64,000 nucleotides of DNA from the human T2T-CHM13v2.0 reference genome, Homo sapiens. The translations under genes and the position numbers were made by a program. Position 1 is the stretch's first letter. Each line of letters opens with the position of its first letter. This document shows positions 12,300 through 27,119 of this stretch, one piece after another. The stretch lies in the NCBI RefSeq assembly GCF_009914755.1, contig NC_060926.1. One strand, 5' to 3'. A model generated the notes under the pieces. The model had not been told where the DNA came from. It worked only from the letters and a program-made list of their open reading frames with translations, and did not search any database.

Positions 12300-14175
12300 G
12301 ACAAAATAAGAAAAAAAAATGAAGAGGTCAAATGGTTAAAACCCCATAGTAAAGAGAACATTTAGAAATCAGGCAGAAAAAAATAACATATTACATGTGA
12401 AGAAAAATGTAGAATACCTGCTGACTTTGTATTGGGAATAAAGCAATTCAGAAGACAATAAAACAATAACTTTAAAGTGATAAAAAGTATGTCGACACAA
12501 ATGCAACAACACTTCCCTAAAGGGTCTATTATGCTGTTGAAAATCTTTCAAAGGCAAAATAAAGAAAATTTGTCTCCAGCAGGTCTGTATTATAAGAAAT
12601 GTTACAATAAATTCTTCAAGTGGAAAGCTAAAGGTAGCAGATGGAAACTTGCTTCTATACAAAGGAATAAACATTATTTAAAATGGTAAACAAATGGAAA
12701 GAAGAAGATAATATTTTTTTCATTTGATTTCCTTAAAACGGAATTAACTGTTTAAAGCAAAAATAGCAACAATGTAGCATGTTTTATATCATATGTAAAA
12801 ATAAAAGAAGAGATAATAGTAGTACAAAAAAATGCAAGAGGGTACTAAAAAATGTTGCTAATTTTTAAAAATATTTCCCATGTAGTGGAATAATATTATT
12901 TGGAGGATAATGTAATAATTTAAAGATGTTTACTGTAAGCATCAGAGAAACCAGTAAAATTAAAGTATAGGACTATCAGTCAAATAAAGAAAATAAAATT
13001 GAATACGGCACTGAAAGTTATAATACTGAAAGCAGACAGGAAAAGAAAGATAAGGAATAAAGAACAGATGGAATACATAGAAAACAAATAGCAAGACAGT
13101 AGACTTAAACACCAATATATTGATGATTATATTAAATACAAATAAAAATAGTCTTTCGGACTGGATATTTTAAAAAAGGAGACCATCTATATGCTATTAC
13201 AGGAAACACACTTAAAATAAAAATACTGATAAATTAAAACGAAAATAATATAAAATATACATCATGTAAATACTAATCATGAGAAAACTGAGGCTTCGTT
13301 AATAGTACCCCAAGTAGATCTCAAAAAACAAATATTACTAGGATAAAAAATACATTTTATGATGATAAAACATCTATAAGTCAAGATGAAATAATTATAA
13401 ATATATAATGCTTGATAACAGTGTATCAAAACAACATGAGCAAAAACAACAAAATTGAAGGAGAAATAAATGCATCTGAAATAGTTATTGGTGATTACAA
13501 CAATCCTCTCTCAATACTAGAGAAAAGCAGTAGACATAAGTTAATAGGAAAATGTAAGACCTGAACAGCACTATCAAATGAATTTACACAATTAAATTTT
13601 TTAGATCTCAACACTCAACTATAGCAGAATATACATTCTTTTCCAGTGAACATAGAACATTCACAAATATCCATACACTAGTTCATGAAATAAAACTCAA
13701 CAAAGTAAAGCAAAAATAGAGTTAAACTATAGCTGTAATTTGTAAGAAAAAGATACCTAGATGAAACACAAGTATTTGTGAATAGAAAAAAAAATTACAG
13801 TAAGAAAGGCCAAGGGACAAAGAAGAAATCACTAAGGACATTGGTAAATCTGTTAAACTTAATGATATTGAAACACAAATGCCAAACTTTAGGAATAAAA
13901 TTAACACAGTACTTAGAGGGAAATTTATAAGTTAAAAAATGTGTATTAAGAAATAATAAGGTATAAATCAGTTATCTCAGACATATGCAGCTGGAAAAGG
14001 AGTAAAACCACCATTAGTAGAAGAAATGGAATGATAAGGTTAAAGCAAACATTACTAAAATACAAAACATAAAAGAGAAAACAAATGACACTAAAAGCTT
14101 TTCTTGGAAAAGATTAATAATATTGACAAATATCTATCTAGACTGATTAATAAAATAAACATCTAAATGACCAAC
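12300..14175 (+). mobile_element. Ancient L1M (ORF1 end, inter-ORF region, endonuclease region)
   Basis: A-rich, with degenerate EN-region motifs (ctattacaggaaacacactt; gaatatacattcttttccagtgaacatagaacattcac). Confidence 0.7.
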
Positions 14176-16292
14176 AACAAATTATTCTTGTTTGCAGATG
14201 ACATAATCTTGTATTTAGAAAAATCTAAAGACTCCACCAAAAAACTAGGAGAATTAACAAACAAATTCAGTAAATTTGCAAGGTATAAAATCAATATATA
14301 AAATCAATATCGTTTCTATTTGCCAAGAATGAACAATCTGAAAAAGAAATTAAAAAGTAATCCTATTTACAATAGCCACACACAAAATTAAATACCCAAG
14401 AATTAACCAAAGAAGTGAAAGATCTCTATAATGAAAACTGTAAAACACTGATGAAAGAAATAAAAAATGACACCAAAAACTAGGAGAATATTCCATGTTT
14501 GTGTACTGGAAAAACTAATATTGTTAAAATGTCCTTACTACCCAAAGCAATCTACAGATTCAATGCAATCCCTATGAAAATACCAATGACATTCTTACAG
14601 AAACAGAAAAAACAATCTTAATATTTAAATGGAATCACAAAAGACCCAGAATAGCCAAAGCTATGCGAAGCAAAAAGAACAAAATTGGAGGAATCACACT
14701 ATGTGACTTCAAATTATGCAACAGAGCTATAGTAATCAAAACAGCAGAGTACTGACATAAAAACAGACACACAGACCAATAAAAAGGAACAGAGAACCCA
14801 GAAACAAATCCACACACTTTCAGTGAATTCATTTTTTGACAAAGGTGCCAAGAACATACATTTTATTGTTAGCCTCTTCAATTAATAGTCTGGGAAAACT
14901 GAATATCCATATGCAGAAGAATGAAACTAGACCCCTCCCAATTCTCTCTCCATATATAAAAATCAAATCAAAATAGATTAAAAACTTAAATCTAAGACCT
15001 GAAACTATGAAACTAATACAGAAAAACATTGGGGAAAATCTCCAGGGCATTGGTCTGGGTAAAAATTTCATAAGCAATACCAAATAAGCACAGGCAACCA
15101 AAGAAAAAATAGACAAATGGAAACATATCAAGTTAAAAAGCTTCTGTACTACAAAGGACACAGTTAACAAAATGAAGAGACAACCCACAGAATGGGATAA
15201 AATATTTGCAAACTACCCGTCTGTCAAGGGATTAATAACCAGAATATATAAAGAGCTCAAACTACCACCATAATAGAAAAATCTAATAATCTGATCAAAA
15301 ATGGGCAAAATATTTGAATAGATATTTCTCAAAAGAAGACATACAAATGGCAAACAGGCATATCAGAAGGTGCTCAACATCATTGATCCTCAGAGAAATG
15401 CAAATCAAAACTTCAATGAGATATTGTCTCATCCCAGTTAAAATGGCTTATATCCAAAAGATGGGCAATAACAAATGCTGGCAATAATGTGGAGAAAAGG
15501 CAAACCTTGTACACTGTTGGAGAGAATGTAAATTATTACAGCCAGTATAGAGAACAGTTTGGAGATTCCTCAAAAAACTAAAAATTCAGCTACCATATGA
15601 TCCTGCACTCCCACTGCTGGGTATACACCCAAAAGAAAAAAAAAATCAATATATCAAAGAGATATTTGCACTCCTGTGTTTGTTGCAGGACTGTTTACAA
15701 CAGCTAAGATTTGGAGGAAACTGAAGTGTCTCTAAATAGATGACTAGCTAAAGAAAAGGTGGTACATATACACAATAGAGGACTATTCAGCCATAAAAAG
15801 GAATGAGATCCAGTTGTTTGCAACAACATCAATGGAACTGGAGATCCTTATGTTAAGTGAAATAAGCCAGGCACAGAAAGACATACATTGCATGTTCTCA
15901 CATATTTGTGGGATCTAAAAATCAAAATAAACTCAAGGACATGGCGAGTAAAAGGAAAGTTACCAGAGGCTGGAAAGGATAGTGAAATAGTAGGGGGATG
16001 TGGGGTTGGTTAATGGGTACCAAAAAAAAAAAAAAATCAGAAACAATAAATAAGACCTAATATTTGGTAGCACAACAGGGTGACTATAGTCAATAATAAC
16101 ATCATTGTACATTTTAAAATAAGTTAAAGATTGTAATTGGAATGTTTGTAACTCCAAGCATGCTAGAGGTTAGGAAAACTCCTTTCTCCATGATGTGCTT
16201 ATTTTATATGCATGCCTATATCAAAACATCTCATGTACCCATAAATAGTAGAGTACACCTACTATGTACCCACAAAAAGTAAAAAAATGAAA
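14176..16292 (+). mobile_element. L1MA1-3-like, 5'-truncated, inserted in the older L1M
   Basis: Begins at tttgcagatgacataatc (FADD motif), runs through the ORF2 3' part and an L1MA 3'UTR ending actatgtacccacaaaa. Confidence 0.92.
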
Positions 16293-18725
16293 AAGACAAA
16301 TATCAAAAATTAAAAAGGGAACATTACTGTAGATTATAAACATATTTTTTAAAGTTAGAGAATATTAAAAATTCCATTATAAAAATGAGGTATCAAAAAA
16401 TGCCCAATGCAAAGAAATGAGGAAAAGAAAATATGAAATACATTGGGAAACAAGGAAAAGAGAAACAGAATGATATACCTAAATATAATTTTTCAGGAAT
16501 TTCATAAATAAATATTGTCTAATTCATCAAGGTTCAACAACCTAGATGAAATGCAAAACAGTTTCAAGATATCATTATTAAAATATATTTAAGAATACAC
16601 GCAAAATCAATAGCCTAGAAATATATTAAAGATACTGAATTCACAACTAAAAATTCATATAAAGTTAATCCCAAACCTTGGTCACTTTACTAGGAAACTC
16701 TATGAAATATTTAAGAAAGATATAATAACAATTCTACTAGGAAGTCAGAAAATACAGGAGAAAATAACACTTTCCAGTACATTTTACTAGACTACTGTTA
16801 TCCTAATACCTAAAGCAGAGAAAAATATTGTAAGAAAAGAACATTGTAGGCAAACTTTCTCATGAATATAGAAGCAAATATGTTTAGAAAAATAATAACA
16901 AATTGTATCCAGCAGAGTATAATTTATTTTAGCAATGAAAGATCAGTTAACATTGGAAAACTAAATCAATTTAATTTACCACATTAACAGAATAAAGGCC
17001 ATAAGTCATTGTAATAGATGCAGAGAAAGCATGTCAAAATTATAAACCCATTTATGTTAAAAACTTGAAGAAACATAAGAACAATGAAAAACATCTACCG
17101 CAGAATTAAGAAGAAGGCAACTAAATTGGCTATTCATTTTTTAAAAAATAAAAAAGGAAAGAAAACACCAAAACTTTGATCTATAACTCATGCCAGACTC
17201 CCCAAAACCAAATATTATTTTTAAAAAACTATAAAACTTCCTCTAGAAAACATAATATATAATTTCTGCAAAAAAGTTAAGGGAAAAATGTTAACTTGCA
17301 AATTGAATATCAAAATTTAAATTTTGCACTTTAAAAGACAGCATTAAAAATTAAAAGGCAAGTATTTATAATACTTATTTCAGTTGAAAGACTGGTATTC
17401 AAGATTACATATATTTTAACTTATACGGCCTAAAATAAAAAAGCAAACAACTTAACTAAAAATGTTCAAAATATAACCAAAGGATATCAGGAAGATATTT
17501 TTCTGTAATACAACTGTTTTATATCTTGATTACGGTATTGGTTACAAAACTGTGTGCTTTATTAAAATTCATTATATGCCAAAGCAAATAAATTTCAGTG
17601 TATGTAAATATAAAAATTAATCAAAATATTTTAACAGTTTCTTCCAAAAAAAGTAAGCCAATAAATACATGAAAGGATGTTAAACATCATTACAACTAGG
17701 AAGATACAAGTTAAAACCCCCTACACAGGCTACAATTAAATTTAAATAACTAAAAATACCTAGTGTTGATAAGAATGTTTTACAGCAACTGGAATTTTTA
17801 CTCATTGCTGTTCAAAGTATAAAATGGTACAACCACTATAGAAAATAATCAGTTCACGAAGAATTGCATATACACTTACTAAGTGACACAGTATTTCAAC
17901 TCATGAATATTTAGTCAAGAGATATAAAAATTTGTATTTATGGAAATTCTTGCACTTAACCATAATGCTCCTTATTCACATTGGTCCCACCCTAAAAGCA
18001 ATCAAATGTCTATAGCCTGAGGAATGGATAAACAATTTGTGGAATATACAATGACATACAGATCAGCAATTATAATTAATAAACTACTTATTATGCACAA
18101 TATGTATGATCCACTACAACATCATGTCCAGTGATAGAAGCTAAAAACAAGAGTCCATACTGTAAACTTTTGTATATATAGTAGACTAGAAATGGCAAAA
18201 CTAAACCATAGTAATTTGCTAAGAAGGTAGATCTTATGTTGAGTTCTTTCACAATAATAATTTAAAAATAATAAATACATTAAGTAAGCAATAAATAATA
18301 ATAATAAATCAAGAAGGTGAGAGGAAACATTGGGGTGATGGATTTGTTTATGGCATTGACTGTGATAATGGTTTCACAGCTGTATATTTATCTCCAAACT
18401 CATCAAGTTGCACATATATTAAATACGTACAGCTTTTTAATGTCAATTATACCTCAGTAGTGCTTACAAACATACACACACATAAGAAGGCACATTAGTG
18501 ATTTCCAGGAGCCTGGAGGTGAAAAAATAGGGTAGAAGCAAGGGTTGTGGGAGGATGACTGAAAAGGGAACAAGCAAACTCTCTGGAGGGATGAAAATAT
18601 TCTACATCATGACTGTAGTGATGGTTATAGAAAGGTATAATTTTTCTATTCAAGACTCATTAAACTGAATGTTTAAAACAAATGCATCTTTTTGTGTACT
18701 ATATACCTTAATAATGTTGATCAAA
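16293..18725 (+). mobile_element. Ancient L1M/L1ME continuation to the 3' end, with deletions
   Basis: Resumes where 14175 left off; degenerate ORF2 and L1ME-type 3'UTR. Confidence 0.65.
18212..18460 (+). mobile_element. L1MB-type 3' end fragment
   Basis: aatttgctaagaaggtagatcttatg...ctccaaactcatcaagttg...gtcaattatacctca. Confidence 0.7.
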
Positions 18726-19569
18726 AAGAAAAATGCATAGAATATATATTTCTAACACAATTCTAACACGTCTGCTACACGTGGCACATACAAAATTAAA
18801 GAAGAGTTTACAGAAAATATTTGTCAAGGAGCGGTCTAGCCTCCTGAAGGAAAAAAAAAAAGAGAGAGAGAGAGATAATTTTAACCAAACATTGAAGATT
18901 GGAGAAATGACTGCTAAAGATGGAGAAGTATTGATATAATGACAGAAAACTGGCTGTAAATTGGCAGAATTAAAGGTGAGTAATGGTGAATCACAGGTGT
19001 TCAGGAAATTGCACATATCACAGGTGATGAGGATGACATTTCAAGTGAGTAGGTGTTGGGAATCTTTAATCCCAGCTGAAGTCCCTCAGAGCAGCAGGCC
19101 CCTTGCTAGTGCTATTTGTTGGAGGTGGCAGCTCTGGAGCTGTTTCCTTAGGATCCTTTAGTCTGTTTTTTTCCAGATATAACCACTATCACTTTCAAGG
19201 AGGCCAAAAAAGTGCCAGGCCACATAACTGCTTCCTGTTTACATGGACACCCCAGCTTTAATATTAACCCTTGACCCATAGCCCATTTTTATTACCAGGG
19301 AAGCCTTTGGTATCAGAAAGAAGCCAGGAGAGCAATTAAGAGAGCAAGATGTCACCATTGTTATCAAATTATAAAATAATCACCCCAAATGAGAGTAATA
19401 CATTTTTTAGAGTTTCCTCCCATGTAAACAGACCCATCAGGTGTAAAGGTAAACCAAACTAGATGTATATTTATTGTATACAAATCGATCACATAAGCCA
19501 CTTGGAAACACAAAAGTATGTATTAGTTAAAAATCCAGGAACAAGAATATTGTATATATTTTTTAAATT

Positions 19570-20860
19570 TACCTCCCATGACTACAATTTGTGTAAACCT
19601 CAAATCCTTCCCAAGGTGAAACTACGTAAGAAATGTCTACTATTAAATTATCAAGAAGCACAAACATCAAGAAAAATGTTGACAAATCTGATGCATTAAA
19701 ACTTGAATCACCTATAATATAAAGGACAACATAAAAACATTAAAGATTAACCAGAAAAGGATTTTTAAATAGGATTTTAAAACTCTTCTAAATTGTGACC
19801 AAGATAGCCAGCCTTAATTTTTCCCTCAGCTTGATAAAACTTCAGACAGATTTCTTCCCAACTATAGGCTCCTGGACTTCCCTTTTCTTTGAGGATTTAC
19901 TTTAGAAAACTTGCAACTGTAAATTATTTCTAGCCTCTTTGAGATGTAAATCTTCTTCTAGCTTCTTGCAAGCTTTACACACAAGAAATTTTCTAAAGAA
20001 CCTGGGAGCTATCTTTTGAAATGTGATCATCAAAGGAGATAGTACCCTCCTATCCCCCAGTCTCTGTGTTGAAGTCTAACTTTGTTATGTACCAGTTAGC
20101 AAACACTGATGGCCTAATCACATTGACCAACCTTCCCCTAATTTCCCCCTGTACTTTCCACTAACTCATCTCTGTGCTTAAATTTCTCCTTCATTTTGGT
20201 TCAGCAGATTTGAATTTCATCTCTCTCCCTTATTGCAATATTCTTAAATAAAATCTTCCTTGCCTCTTTAACTTGTCTGGTGCAATTTTTCTTTGACAGA
20301 CAATAAGAAAATGATAAATGATGCAAAAAGAAAATGGTCAAATAAGTTCTTCCAGAGAAAGTGTGAATTACCACTAAGCACAAGGAAAAAAGCTCAATCT
20401 CCTTAGGAAAACATAAATTAATAGGACAGTGGCATATAATTTATCAATCTAAAGATTTGAAAAATTTTAAAAGTCCAAGGATATAAATAAATTACTCAGT
20501 TGATTTTAGAGTAAGTAGATACAATTACCTTGAGGGTAATTTTACAAGATTACATTAAGGTGAAAAGGCCCATATTCTAATTCCAGCAATTCCACTTGTA
20601 AGTATGAACATTAGAGAAATTTTTACACATGCAAAATAAGAGCTAAAAGAAATGTGGAAGAATATACAAAGATATTCATTCAAAAAGTGGGAAAAAATCT
20701 AAATGTCCATCAATAGAATACTGGACATTATACATTCATAGCATTGAATATTATACTGTAGTTAAAATCAACTACATTTACCAATATGGAGAGCTTGCAA
20801 AATCATAACAGGGACTGAAAAAATGTTTAAGAAAGATAATTGTATGATAGTAAATATAAG
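19570..20860 (+). mobile_element. L1ME-like ORF2 3' remnant (split by an LTR)
   Basis: ccagcaattccacttgtaagtatg, aaatgtccatcaatagaa motifs. Confidence 0.55.
19794..20298 (+). mobile_element. Solo ERV1 LTR, MER31-like
   Basis: TG...CA ends (tgtgacc...ctttgaca), AATAAA near the 3' end, ctttagaaaacttgcaactgtaa...tgagatgtaaatc motif. Confidence 0.75.
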
Positions 20861-20861
20861 A

Positions 20862-21428
<567 letters not shown>

Positions 21429-21582
21429 AATACATGAATTTTAAAATCCTGCCAAGCATATTAATAATATTCACAAATACACCAATTTTATTGAAAATTA
21501 CAAAAAACATTATGAAAAAGACAACCAGTGAATTTATTACAGTAGTTATTTACACCAGTGAAGCAGAGTGGGAAATATGGCT

Positions 21583-22188
21583 TTGTAGTGGTCTTATAGG
21601 AATAACTGAAGATGACTCAAATGACCTTGCTATAGCAAGGGAGTCAGCCATCATCAGTTACATTTAGCAGAGACTCAAATGCAGACAGAGCAGCATGAAA
21701 ACTTCATAGTAGAAAAGAAGAAAAGACTTCAGGCATGCCCTGATTGGAGGCTATTGCCATAAAAAAGCTGTAGGCTAGCTAACTAGAATCAAGATATTAT
21801 ATGTGATTGTTTAAGGAAGCATATTTAGCTTTCTCCAGCTGGTCCTAAGTTGAAAGCTGACATAAAGTTTAGGAAAGCTGTCAATTATTAACCCATTTAT
21901 CCCGGAGGTTGCAATTTTTTTTATTTTTTTGCATGAGTGAAAAATCAGACCTTGGCGATGACCTTGAGCAGTAAGATATAAATAACTCCCACATGCTTAG
22001 TGTTCCAATGGAACACTAGGCATGAATCAAGCCCTGGCCAGTTGCTACAGGGATTTATTTTTGGCTTCCTGGACTGGTTGCTGTGGATAGTGCTTTGTCT
22101 ACTGAGCTGGTTGCTTCAAGTCATGGGTCAGAATTGTATTTTTATTACGGTTGGATCATTGTTGATTTGTATATTTAGTCCATTATGA
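21583..22188 (-). mobile_element. Old ERV LTR (family uncertain), host of the MER85
   Basis: Repeated gcaaccag...caggaagcc units and CCAAT boxes on the minus strand; LTR-sized. Confidence 0.6.
21892..22027 (-). mobile_element. MER85 non-autonomous piggyBac (PGBD3-derived) MITE
   Basis: TTAA (21888-21891) + cccatttat TIR; gcatgagtgaaaaatcagaccttggcgatgaccttgagcagta...ataactcccacatgcttag matches MER85; the other TIR is truncated. Confidence 0.92.
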
Positions 22189-23779
22189 TGTAAAGTTTTA
22201 TTTATTAAGGAAGACTCACAGTATTCATATAAGACAAAATGCAATTCAAAATATTTAAAGCAAAAAAGTATAATTTTATATTAGTAAAAATAAAATATAA
22301 AATTAAGATATAACCATATACATTATGGTATTTTTTTGCATTTGCTGAACATTATCATTTATATGCTTGTACATGTAAGTACAATTTCTAAACTAAAACT
22401 ATAGATGTTTTTCTAAAATGCTAATTCTTAAAACATGCAGCTGAAGATTGTCTTGACACTCATAGTACACACTATTACATAATCAAAAGAAAATATTACT
22501 AAGATATAATTCATAAATGAGAATTATAATTAGGACTGGGTATTGCAACTGTTGTATTATGTTTTTCAAACATTTGAATAATTTTATTTTTTCAATTTAT
22601 GGAGCAGAAATCTGTGATATTACATATTATGAACAGCTGTTAGATACATGATTGTTTTGCTTCTCATCTACTATTGTAAGGATGTGTATATATAGTAGTA
22701 CTTTTTTAAAAAGAGAAATAGAAAACCTTTATGTAGTAAAGGCAACTATTAAGGACCAAAGGTATCTATCTACTTGTAAAATGCAATGTTTCCTGGAAAG
22801 ATCTTATTATCTAGCTCAAAAGCTAGTATATTTTCATATTTGAAGGAATATTATAGCCCATTTTGATTCCTTACTTGAATTCATTTTAATGTCACAAACT
22901 TTCTTTAAAGAAGGAATGTCAGGGGTTGTTGTTGAGGAAATCATTTTATTTTATAGAGAAGTGACTGATTTGAGAAGTGGGAGATAAAGGCTTGCTAATG
23001 GTGGTTTTTTTAAAAAAGAATCTATCTCAGATGCTTGGTTTGATTGAGAAGATAAGTGTGGATGACTGCTATTAATCTTTGGAAAATTTTTGTCAGTTTC
23101 ATTTTTAGGGGGACAATGGCTAGTCATACAAATGGTATGTATTAACAGAGATTGAAAAATATCTTCTCCCACTAACTCAGCTTCAAAATCAGGTCAGGTT
23201 GTTCTGTAAATGAAAACCCCACAAATGCTGTTTCTCTTATCCTCTTCTTTGGCTAAATCAGGACTCTAGACTTCAAAGCTAAAAATGTAGTCTTTTTCAG
23301 GAGTAATACAATCAGTGCAGATAAAAGTGAAAGTCACAGATTAGCCTCTTCAAACTTTAAAACTTAAGATGAAAAGACACATTTTAAATTTTATGGACAG
23401 TAAAATGTTGCACTAATCATGGAAATTTGACCTATAGGTAAAATTTTCTTTGATGTGTTTGTTTTAAGAGCAGTAAGCTAAGTCATGTAGTCATTAAACT
23501 GAGATAAGCCGAATGAGTTTGCTTTAATAAAGGTTCTAGGTAGTCTCTACAGATCTGTTTAAAAGTTGCAGTACATCTTTACTAACGTGTTCTTGGCATA
23601 TCCTAGTTGACCAGCAAAAACCTGCTAAAATAAGCTTTAAAGACAATTTATATCCTTGTACACCACTGCTGAGTGCGTGTCTTGTAAATCTTTAGACTGG
23701 CCATGTTTTTCACTTATATCGTATCCCCTGTATAGAAAAGATTATCTTTTTACATGTTGAGCATCTTCTTTTAAATCTT

Positions 23780-24800
23780 AGGGAATTATAAGGAATAATA
23801 CTTTTTAAGATGCCCATGCCCTCAAGAGTCTCAAGTACAGTATGGGAGCCAAATTGGTAAAGTCATAGTTTATAAGGTGTATTCTATAGGGAAGTAAGTG
23901 CTGTTTTAGAGTTTATAATATCATATATAACAAAATCACTAACTTTCTTGGAGAACTGACTAAGGCTTTGCAAAGAAAGCAAATTTTAATATGAATTTGG
24001 AATTACTAAAGTGATCAAAAAGAAATTTAAAAGAAAATTTAAAAAAAGAATCTTTTAGACAGAGGCAAGAGCACAGTCCAGAAAGGAATGAAAGGTCATA
24101 GAGTATTGAGGAAGTTCAGATAGGCTGGGGCATAGAACCTATAGCTGAAGATAGATTGTGGTAGACTTTCTGTGACAAAGAATCGGAACAGTGGCTTGTA
24201 GACAATGAGGAACCAATAAACAGGATCAAATTTCAATTTTTTTGGTATATTTTTGAAAACAATTAGCAGTGGCGTCATGAGTTATGAGTGGGGAATTAGC
24301 CAGGAGAATGAGAAATATGTGTCAGGAAGTTATGAGGCTGCTGCAGTGATGAGTAATCGAATACCAAAGCCCATTAGATAGGGAGGAAATAATGAATCCA
24401 GCCTCCATTTCTGAGGTCATCATTAGTGACTGATAGTCATGGATGGGAGAAAGAAATTGGAGATGAAGATTCTAATTTAGAGAAGGACAGTGGTACAAAT
24501 AGTCAAGATAGAGGAAACTACAGGAGGAGTGACTAAGAGAGCTGGGACAGAGAATGAAAGTAGAAATAAACAAGTCCTTTACACCTGGTGATTCTGCAAG
24601 GTCCTACGAGACATAAGAACGGAGATATTCATTAAAGAGTTACAAATGTGGGTTTAGGTCTTGACCCATAAGTCCATAAATTTAGCACTTGATATTCTGT
24701 CAGCTGAAGAGCACACCTAGGAAGAGTATAACAAATGAGCAGAGAAAAGGTCAGAAATAAAACTCTAATGGATAATGACATTTGAAGGCATATGGAGGAA
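23780..24800 (-). mobile_element. L2 remnant
   Basis: catgccctcaagagtctcaagtacagtatgggag and a purine-rich degenerate L2 body. Confidence 0.55.
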
Positions 24801-25639
24801 GAGAATACAAAAAATACTAAGAAAAAGTAACAAAAATAGAAGTTGTTGCTAGTGATGATAGTCTTCTGAAAGCCAAAGGAGATCATATCTAAAAGTCCAA
24901 AGTCCACATTGTCAAATGACAGCACATGAATCATAATGTTGCCATGTTAAAATACTTTTATGGTTATTTTGTTAAATTTTTATTGTATTTTCAAAAAACC
25001 AGGTGATGAGTAAGTACTAAAAGTGCCTTTACTGTTACAATGCCTTTTTCTTTTATCTTGCCCACAAAATAATGAATGTTATATTTAACATTTCTGTTTC
25101 TTTTGGTTTTTAACTTAGCTCTGTGTAAGGTAGAGATTGCATTTGACAGAGTAACAGAGTACCAAAATATAATGGCCTTAATATTCAAATATTTAATGTC
25201 TCATGTAAAGTAGCCCTCTCCAGTTTGCTACATTAGCTTTATGGTATTGTGGATCTGGCTCTTTGATCTAACAGGGTGCCTCACCGTCTTACAATGTGGC
25301 ATCCATTCTCAAAGTCAGGATAATGGCTAAGGCTCTGGTCATCACATCTGACATAACAGTTTAATTTTTAAGCAGGGCAGAAGAGTAAAAATGGTGCTCC
25401 TTCCAGTTGACTAAGATCCCTTTAAAGAACCTTCCCAGAATTCCCTCCCAATACTTAATGTTTATTTGACCACATCTAGCGCAAATAAGATTGAAAATTT
25501 AGCCTTTATTTCTAGCAGTAACGGGTCAAAGTAGTATTTGTAGTCTAGCAAAGATAATAGATGTTCACTAGGTTACTAGCTGTCTTTGCCAGGAGCTCCT
25601 GAAATATGGACGAGTTTGGCTAGTTTAAAAAATAAAATG

Positions 25640-26050
25640 TAAAACTATTCAAATGTGGTCGTGTCCTTTACTCAAGTAACTAATCGTCAAGTGGAAAAAC
25701 ATATGTACATACAAAATACAGAAGCAGCATTCTTGCCATGAAGAAGATACATAAAAAGTGCAATGGGAAATAGTAGAAAAGTGATCCCTGATGGAATATA
25801 AATTTTCTGAGTGGCTAGTAATGGGACAGGATCAAAGAGGATGAAATACTTTTTCAGGCAGAGAAAATGACATGTGATAAAGCATCAAAGCATTGCTTGG
25901 TGAGAATAACATGGAATCTCAGGAATTGAAAGCAAATTCAAATATACATTCAAAGCTAAAATTAACTTAGAAAGCTAGGCACTTGGGGTGCGTGGAAACT
26001 TGTAGGTGCTGAGTATCAGCTACTGAAGAATTTTACGTGAAAGCTACCCC
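25640..26050 (-). mobile_element. L2 remnant
   Basis: gtgtcctttactcaagtaactaatcgtcaagtgg; caggcagagaaaatgacatgtgataaagc. Confidence 0.4.
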
Positions 26051-26141
26051 TAAAAACTGTAAGACAAATTATTTAGTAAAGTCCTGAGTGGCACTTGTAT
26101 TTGATTTGTTAATTTGCTGGAAGTTCTTATGCTTCTCTAAG

Positions 26142-26228
26142 AAATAAATTGCTATAGGCATTTTACCAAAGAGGAAGATAAAGATGTTTGCTCTTTCAGT
26201 TTTATAAATCTTCATGTATTTGAAGAAG
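26142..26228 (+). other. Candidate 87-nt internal exon
   Basis: ttcttatgcttctctaAG acceptor, AAG|GTAAGA donor, open phase 1-1 frame; apparently non-repeat DNA. Confidence 0.25.
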
Positions 26229-27062
26229 GTAAGATATTAAATGTATTTTAGTTGTATATTAAATTTTACCCCAAATGACAATATTAAGACTATGTGTAGA
26301 GAAATGTAAAAGATTTTCTTAGAAAAATTAATGTTTAATCAGATTTATTTTTTCACACTATATGAAATTTGATTTTCTAAATTATTTTACTTATGAGCTC
26401 TGGTACTTTTATTATTGTCATTGCTTTAAGTATTTTATTAAATTATTGATTTTCTGATGTTATTTCATTAATTATTCATCTCTACAAACTAATAAAACTA
26501 GCGCTAACATTTACTAACTTAACCTCTCAACAAGCTTCTGTGACAGATACCATTACAATGACAAGTTTACAGACTAAAAAATGTTACACATTGTATATTC
26601 TAACCTTTCTTTTTAAAAATAGGGAGAGATAACTTTCTGAGTAATTATTAGCAATTCATAAACCCTGCTGTTTACCACAAAGTCTGCACCAAAGTATTTT
26701 AAAGGAAGATGAGTTTTTTCTTTCCATGAATTAGTTATATTTATAAAAACAATTTCAACCATTGTTTGAATTTGAAATTGTAATCCAAAGAAACAGAATT
26801 ATACAATAATGAAATCAGCATAGTTTTTTATTCCTTGATTCTGGGAATTAAATTGTGCTTATCCAAACTGGTTTATGAAATTTTAATTTTTCTCTCCTGT
26901 GTGTCTTTTTCCTAGAACTTACAGACTGTACTTTAAAGAACATATGACATACTTATTATTTTAAAAATTGAAACATTCTGAAAATCACATTAAAGAAGTG
27001 TAACATCATTTGTAAATGTAATATGAGATTACTTAACCAATTCTTATAGTACAACTCTTTCC

Positions 27063-27079
27063 ATATATGTATGTATGTG

Positions 27080-27119
<40 letters not shown>
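27063..27119. repeat. Compound (GT)n(AT)n microsatellite
   Basis: gtgtgtgtgtgtgt followed by ~12 AT units. Confidence 0.95.

Noticed and set aside
22951-23172. 73-aa ORF in apparently unique DNA
   Set aside because: Length expected by chance; no recognisable motif.
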